A stretch of 21,448 nt of DNA from a bacterium (GTDB taxonomy: Bacteria; Sysuimicrobiota; Sysuimicrobiia; Sysuimicrobiales; Kaftiobacteriaceae). Location: assembly GCA_044868695.1 (NCBI GenBank), contig JBIOWP010000113.1:1-21448 (forward strand), written 5' to 3'. A program made the translations under genes and the position numbers. Shown piece by piece: positions 16,886-21,448 of this stretch. How positions within the stretch are numbered: position 1 is the stretch's first letter; every line of letters starts with the position of its first letter. The notes under the pieces were generated by a model. The model saw nothing but the letters and a program-made list of their open reading frames with translations. It had not been told where the DNA came from and did not search any database.

Positions 16886-17434
16886 CTACCTTCTCGGCTC
16901 ATACCGCATTGCCACTGCCCCCGAGCCGAACTCCAGCCGGCTCATGAGCTTCAAGTCGATACGCTTCGATAGCCCCGCGAACAACGTGGGCCCGTGGCCC
17001 GCTAGCCTGGGCTGCACCACAAACTCGTACTCATCGATCAATCCCAGCTCCGCCAACGCCAGCGGGAGCTTCACGCCTGCCACGAACAGTCCCTTGCCCG
17101 ACTCCTGCTTGAGCTGCTGAACGGCCTTCCCCAGATCCCCGCGCACGAGCTCCGCGTTCCAATCGACCCGCTCCAGGGTGCTCGATACAACGTACTTCTT
17201 TGCCGCGTCGATCGTCCGGGCGAAGGGTTCCATCCAATCGGGTCTCGCTCCTGTCCGCGCCGGCGGCCGCCACGCCGCCTCCATCATCTCGTAAGTCACC
17301 CGACCAAAGAGAAGGGCATCGGCCTGGTTGAGGTTCTCGACCGCGTGACGATGCAAGTCTTCGTCCGCGAACCCCTCGCGATGATCGCAGCATCCGTCCA
17401 ATGTGACGTTGATGGAATACCGAAGGGGTCGCAC
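16886..17434 (-). CDS. Dihydrofolate reductase-family / RibD C-terminal domain protein
   Basis: Start re-placed at GTG 17434, 182 aa. SINVTLDG, LLFGRVTYEMM...W, KYVVSSTL, LK..SGK, LIDEY..VQP.L.G.G..LF, FGSGAV..RY. Confidence 0.9.
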   Translation of the reverse strand: MRPLRYSINVTLDGCCDHREGFADEDLHRHAVENLNQADALLFGRVTYEMMEAAWRPPARTGARPDWMEPFARTIDAAKKYVVSSTLERVDWNAELVRGDLGKAVQQLKQESGKGLFVAGVKLPLALAELGLIDEYEFVVQPRLAGHGPTLFAGLSKRIDLKLMSRLEFGSGAVAMRYEPRR

Positions 17435-17440
17435 GTCGCA

Positions 17441-17469
17441 AGTGTACCGCTGATGGGGTAGGCGAGCAA
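17441..17469 (-). promoter_or_regulatory. Putative sigma70-type promoter giving a leaderless transcript
   Basis: Minus strand reads TTGCTC-N17-TACACT-N6-GTG, with no Shine-Dalgarno before the start codon. Confidence 0.55.
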
Positions 17470-17481
17470 GGTTAGCCCGGT

Positions 17482-18633
17482 TCACTTGCGGTCCTGCGAG
17501 AAGAAGCGCAGCACCGCGTCGGCGACGTACTCGAGCATCGCCGGCGTCATGTGGGGCCCCACGGGCAGCGAGAGGTTTTCCCGGCACAGCTGCTCCGCCT
17601 GAGGAAACTGGCCTGCGCGCATCCCGTACCGTTCCCGCACCGGAGCCAGCTGGTGCAGCGGGGTGGGATAGTGGATGCTCGCCTGGATGCCCTGCTCCTT
17701 CAGAGCGGCCTGCAGCCGGTCGCGCAGCGGAGTGTAGATCACGTAATGCAGATAGCAGGGTTCCGCCCAGGGACGCTGCGGAGGCAGCCTCAGGGGCACC
17801 TCGGCTTCACGGAACCGGGCCGTGTAGTAGTCCGCTGCTCGGCGGCGGTGCGCGACGAACTCGGGCAGCATTCGCAGCTGCACGCGTCCGGCGGCGGCGC
17901 ACATCTCCACGAGGTGCATGTTGTATCCGACGGCCGACTGATCATACCACCCGGCATCGGTACGCCTGACGAAACTGATGTCTACGCCACGGGCCCGCCC
18001 CTGGTCGCGGAGGCTGGAGACCGTCTCCGCCAGATGTCCGTCGTCTGTGACGAGTGCGCCTCCCGGACCGAAGACGGTAATCATTTTGCCGGAGAAGCTG
18101 AAGAGGCCGGCATCGCCCAGCCCCCCGGCGCGCCGCCCTTTGTACTGCGCGCCCAAAGCGTGCGCCGCATCCTCCAGGACGAACACTTCAGCGCGGCGCA
18201 CGGCCGCCGTCACCGCGTCCATGTCGCAGGGGAAGCCGTACATGTGGGTCGGGATGATGGCCCGCGTCCGACCCGTCATGCCGGCGGCCGCCGCGTCGGG
18301 GAGGATGTTGGCGGTCTCGGCTTCAACGTCGACCAGGACCGGGACGGCGCCGAGCTTCACCACCGGGGCAAGAACCCCCACGTACCCGTTGGCCGGCAGG
18401 ATGACCTCCGTCCCCGGCCCCACGCCCGCGGCCTCCAAGGCGAGCGTGACAACGGACGTGCCCGAATTTGCCGTAACGCCGTATCGTCGCCCGCACCAGC
18501 GGGCCAGCTCCACTTCGAAGTACTGGGTCTCCTCGCCTCCGTAGGAGATCCCTGTCTCCAGCGTCGCGAGGACGCGGGATCGTACCTCGTCTGTCGGGAT
18601 CATCCTCCGGTAGGGAATCTGCATTACTGCCAT
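17482..18633 (-). CDS. DegT/DnrJ/EryC1/StrS-family PLP aminotransferase, second copy
   Basis: 383 aa. NSGT, GPG.EVI.P, RTRAIIPTHMYG.PCDM, LEDAAHALGA, SFSGK, GYNM, HYPTPLH, LSLP. Alternative start at ATG 18624 (TAATG overlap). Confidence 0.92.
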   Translation of the reverse strand: MAVMQIPYRRMIPTDEVRSRVLATLETGISYGGEETQYFEVELARWCGRRYGVTANSGTSVVTLALEAAGVGPGTEVILPANGYVGVLAPVVKLGAVPVLVDVEAETANILPDAAAAGMTGRTRAIIPTHMYGFPCDMDAVTAAVRRAEVFVLEDAAHALGAQYKGRRAGGLGDAGLFSFSGKMITVFGPGGALVTDDGHLAETVSSLRDQGRARGVDISFVRRTDAGWYDQSAVGYNMHLVEMCAAAGRVQLRMLPEFVAHRRRAADYYTARFREAEVPLRLPPQRPWAEPCYLHYVIYTPLRDRLQAALKEQGIQASIHYPTPLHQLAPVRERYGMRAGQFPQAEQLCRENLSLPVGPHMTPAMLEYVADAVLRFFSQDRK

Positions 18634-19595
18634 TCCATGTGGAACAGCTCGCGGATCCGATCCCTGCCGAGCCCGGCGCTCAAGAGCACGGCCAGCTTGA
18701 TCCGGGCCTTCAGCGCGGGCGTCCCCGCATAGATGAACCCCAGCTCCAGGAGGTGGGCCTCCCCGCCCTTGTGGCGGTAGGTGTCGCGGTGCAGGCGCCC
18801 GGTAGGATACGGGTTGGCCACAACCACGGTCACGCCCCGTGCCATCAGCCCGGTGAGCAGGTCGAGGCGCTCCTCGCTCAGCCGTCCTCCCTCAACAACC
18901 AGCCCATCGACGCGGGTCTGGCGCGCCGCCTGCAGGAGCAGATCGCCTGAATCAACACCATACGGTACCCACTCGACGCGGGCGGTGACCTGCTCGGGCA
19001 TCACCGCCGGGAGCCGCTTGAACGGGCGCCGCGCATAGAAGACGTGCTGCTCGTCAATGGACCCCAGTGGGCCGAACTCAGGCGACTGAAACGCGTCGAC
19101 GTGCATCGAATGGACCTTCATGACATCGCGCGCGGCATGGATCCGGCCATTCATCGTCACGAGGACCCCCAGCCCCCGTGAGTCCGGCGAGGCGGCAACG
19201 TGCAGCGCGTTCAGCAGGTTGAGCGGACCGTCGTCGCTGGGCAGCGTCGGGTCGCGCATGGCGCCGGTGACCACCACCGGCGAATCGCCGGCCAGCGTCA
19301 CGTCCAGAAAATAGGCGGTCTGCTCCAGCGTCCCGGTGCCGTGCGTGATCATCACGCCATCGGCGCCGCCGGCGCCGGAGAGCTCCCGCACGCGCTTGGC
19401 GATCCGGAGCATCTCGGCAAAGCCGATGAACCCGCTGGCGATCTGCATGAAATCCTCGGCCGTCACCGAGACGCCGGAGGGCAGCGAGGGCATGCGGGCG
19501 ACGATCTCACCGGCGGTGAGACCAGGGGCGACTTCACCCGACGGCAGGCGCTTCCCGGCGATGGTTCCCCCTGTCGCCAGGAGGTGGATGGTCAC
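18624..19595 (-). CDS. Asparaginase/glutaminase-family protein with variant HGTGT motif
   Basis: 323 aa. ATGGTIA, THGTGTLEQTAYFLD, PVVVTGAMR, DGP.NL..A, AARDV.K.H, AFQSP..GPLG, KARI.L. Confidence 0.9.
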   Translation of the reverse strand: MTIHLLATGGTIAGKRLPSGEVAPGLTAGEIVARMPSLPSGVSVTAEDFMQIASGFIGFAEMLRIAKRVRELSGAGGADGVMITHGTGTLEQTAYFLDVTLAGDSPVVVTGAMRDPTLPSDDGPLNLLNALHVAASPDSRGLGVLVTMNGRIHAARDVMKVHSMHVDAFQSPEFGPLGSIDEQHVFYARRPFKRLPAVMPEQVTARVEWVPYGVDSGDLLLQAARQTRVDGLVVEGGRLSEERLDLLTGLMARGVTVVVANPYPTGRLHRDTYRHKGGEAHLLELGFIYAGTPALKARIKLAVLLSAGLGRDRIRELFHMEWQ

Positions 19596-19618
19596 CGCCC
19601 GCCGCGAGACGGAGGAAC

Positions 19619-20419
19619 TCAGGGGATGTAGCCCAGCCGCCCGGAGATCTCGTAGGCGGCGTCTTGCAGCAGTGCGCCAAAACGCTCGACCGTATCGTCA
19701 CGCACCTGAAAGACAGAACCCGACAGGCTGAGCGCGCCCACGGCGGTGCCCGCCGCGCTGCGGATCGGCACCGCGACACAGCGGATGCCCTGGATGAACT
19801 CTTCCAGGTCGACGGCGTAGCCGCGCTGCCGGGTCCGTTCCAGATCCTCTCGCAGCCGCTCGTGGTCCGTGAGGGTACGCGCCGTGCACGCCCGCAGCGG
19901 CCGTCCTGTCAGGATCTCATCAACCTCCGGCTCGGGGAGGCACGCGAGGATGGCTTTGCCCAGGGCCGTGGCGTGCGCCGGAGCCCGGCGACCCACCGCC
20001 GTGTACATCAGCGCGCTCTTCGGCCCGTCGACACGGGCCACGTAAAGCGCTTCGCCGCGGTGCAGCACGGCCAGGTTCGCATTACACTGCGTCTCCGCCG
20101 CCAGGCGGCCCATCACCGGCATGGCCTGCTTGCGGATCTCGAGATGGTTGAGCACCGTGCCGCTGAGCGTGAGGACGCCCAACCCCAGCTCATACTTTCC
20201 CGACTGGGGATTTTGCGCGACGTAGTCTCCCGCGAGGAGGGTAGAGACGATGCGGTGGACGGTGCTCTGGCTCGCTCCCAGACGGTCGGCCAGCTCGACG
20301 ACGCCTACCTCCGCCCCCGCTTCGGCCAGCACGTTCAGGATTTGGATCGCCCGCCCGACCGTCTTGACCGATCCGCCCCTCTGCTGACCCTTCTTCGGCA
20401 CGCCCGTCGAGACTGCCAT
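19619..20419 (-). CDS. IclR-family transcriptional regulator
   Basis: 266 aa. V.RAI.IL, HTH (GVVELA..LG.SQSTVHRIVSTL), Y.LG, G.R.PAHATALGKAILA, GYAVD.EE...GIRCVAVPI, ALSLSG. Confidence 0.96.
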   Translation of the reverse strand: MAVSTGVPKKGQQRGGSVKTVGRAIQILNVLAEAGAEVGVVELADRLGASQSTVHRIVSTLLAGDYVAQNPQSGKYELGLGVLTLSGTVLNHLEIRKQAMPVMGRLAAETQCNANLAVLHRGEALYVARVDGPKSALMYTAVGRRAPAHATALGKAILACLPEPEVDEILTGRPLRACTARTLTDHERLREDLERTRQRGYAVDLEEFIQGIRCVAVPIRSAAGTAVGALSLSGSVFQVRDDTVERFGALLQDAAYEISGRLGYIP

Positions 20420-20467
20420 CGGACACCCCTTGATTTGCGATCCTTGTCTGGCTGCGAATTCGGGTCA

Positions 20468-20521
20468 TGGAATGAAATCTCCTTTTACTTTCGCGTCCGT
20501 CTCCCCAGATTCTGGAATGAA
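20468..20521. promoter_or_regulatory. Direct repeat TGGAATGAA (20468-20476, 20513-20521) in the IclR/M28 divergent promoter region; candidate operator
   Basis: Two exact 9-bp AT-rich copies 45 bp apart. The second overlaps the near-match to the 6733 palindrome. Confidence 0.4.
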
Positions 20522-20585
20522 CGGGTGCCATTTTCGGCGGCATCGGCAGGAAACGCCCTGCCCCGGGAGAAAGCACCTGACCGCC

Positions 20586-21448
20586 GTGTTTCCTGAACTC
20601 GAGGCCGTCCTGCGAACCTACCTCTCGGGGGCGAGAGCGCAGCGGGACACCGCCTTTATCACGCAGTTCTACCGCTCGCCCGGATCATCCGGCTACCACG
20701 CGGCGACGCGGTTTGCCGCGGACGCCATGCGTGACGCGGGGGCGGACGAAGTTGTCGAGGAGACCTACCCCCTCGACGGCGAGACCCGCCTCCTGGGCCG
20801 AGTGATGCCGCCGGCCTGGGAGCCGCTTCACGCAGAACTCGTCCTCGTCGAACCGGCCCGGGAGCGGTTGATCGCCTACCCCGAGACCCCTTCAACGCTC
20901 CCCTGGTGGTGCGGAAGCACGCCCGAGGACGGCCTCACCGTCGACGTGGTGGACGTCGGCCTCGGGCTCTCCCCGGCCGACTACGAGGGGAAGCCGGTAC
21001 GCGGGAACGCAGTGTTGATCCGTGACGCCGAAGCGCGGCCGAAATGGACCCGCGCCGCGGAGCTCGCGCAGCAGCACGGCGCGGCAGGCATCATCACGGA
21101 CTACCTCCACTCCCAGACGCCGCCCTGGCGGACGCGGCAGGCGCTGCCGGAGGCCGTCCAGCTGCTGCGATTGCCGCCTCGGTGGGACAATCCATGGGCC
21201 TTCTCGGTGGGATTCGATGTCGCCGAGCGGCTGGCGGGTCTCACCCGCGGGGGGCGGGTGCGCGTCCACGCGCGCGTGTCCGCTCGGACGTTCAGCGGCC
21301 AGGCCCGAAACGTCGTCGCCACAATCCGCGGAGCAGAACGGCCGGAGGAATCGGTCCTCTTCGTCGCCCACACGTCGGCGGGGACCAAGCCGTGCGCGAA
21401 CTGCGCCGCCGGACCTGCACTTATGATCGAGCTCTGCCGCGCCGTTCA
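20586..21448 (+). CDS. M28 peptidase-family / DUF4910-like protein with PA domain, partial (runs off the window)
   Basis: Not in ORF track. Open frame from GTG 20586 (in-frame ATG 20517 possible): MFPELEAVLRTYLSGARA...FYRSPGSSGYHAA...ETYPLDG...PAWEP..AELVLVEP...VVDVGLG.SPADYEGKPVRG..VL...HGAAGIIT...WAFSV...NVVATIRGAERPEESVLFVAHTSAGTKPCANCAAGPALMIELCRAV. Confidence 0.8.
   Translation, partial: MFPELEAVLRTYLSGARAQRDTAFITQFYRSPGSSGYHAATRFAADAMRDAGADEVVEETYPLDGETRLLGRVMPPAWEPLHAELVLVEPARERLIAYPETPSTLPWWCGSTPEDGLTVDVVDVGLGLSPADYEGKPVRGNAVLIRDAEARPKWTRAAELAQQHGAAGIITDYLHSQTPPWRTRQALPEAVQLLRLPPRWDNPWAFSVGFDVAERLAGLTRGGRVRVHARVSARTFSGQARNVVATIRGAERPEESVLFVAHTSAGTKPCANCAAGPALMIELCRAV

Noticed and set aside
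16724..17481. DHFR-family gene as an integron cassette or trimethoprim-resistance dfr
   Set aside because: No RYYYAAC...GTTRRRY attC pair flanks it, no integrase is present, and the protein is the RibD-C-like type rather than a DfrA/FolA.
20659..21426. Short track ORFs at the right end (20659-20895, 20892-21371, 21022-21426, 21101-21388)
   Set aside because: They are alternative frames of the stop-less plus-strand M28-like gene that runs off the window.
1..21448. CRISPR arrays, tRNA/rRNA, IS elements, riboswitches
   Set aside because: No regularly spaced repeats, transposase/integrase motifs or recognisable structured RNA were seen, and intergenic gaps are all under 200 bp.

Overview
High-GC bacterial window that is almost entirely coding and reads as one IclR-associated small-molecule uptake and conversion island of 20 genes in four transcription units. 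(1) Minus-strand operon 6683->1: 2-hydroxyacid dehydrogenase, hydantoinase/oxoprolinase A and B, isochorismatase-family protein, phosphotriesterase-family metallohydrolase and a partial M20 hydrolase. (2) Plus-strand operon 6876->16723: Dpp/Opp-type binding protein and two permeases with no ATPase, a DegT-family aminotransferase, two paralogous extended SDRs, two class I/II aminotransferases and a GalB-like PIG-L protein. (3) Minus-strand unit 20419->16886: IclR, asparaginase-like protein, a second DegT aminotransferase and a DHFR/RibD-C family gene with its own apparent leaderless promoter. (4) A partial PA-domain M28/DUF4910-like gene from about 20586, missed by the ORF track. Sugar-aminotransferase and SDR genes occur without any nucleotidyltransferase or glycosyltransferase, and several hydrolases carry substitutions at canonical catalytic or ligand positions. 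My inference is an uncharacterised catabolic pathway for an imported N-rich conjugate such as an amino-sugar or aminocyclitol amide/lactam. No RNA genes, mobile elements or CRISPR arrays were recognised. All family calls come from motif recognition by eye, not database searches.
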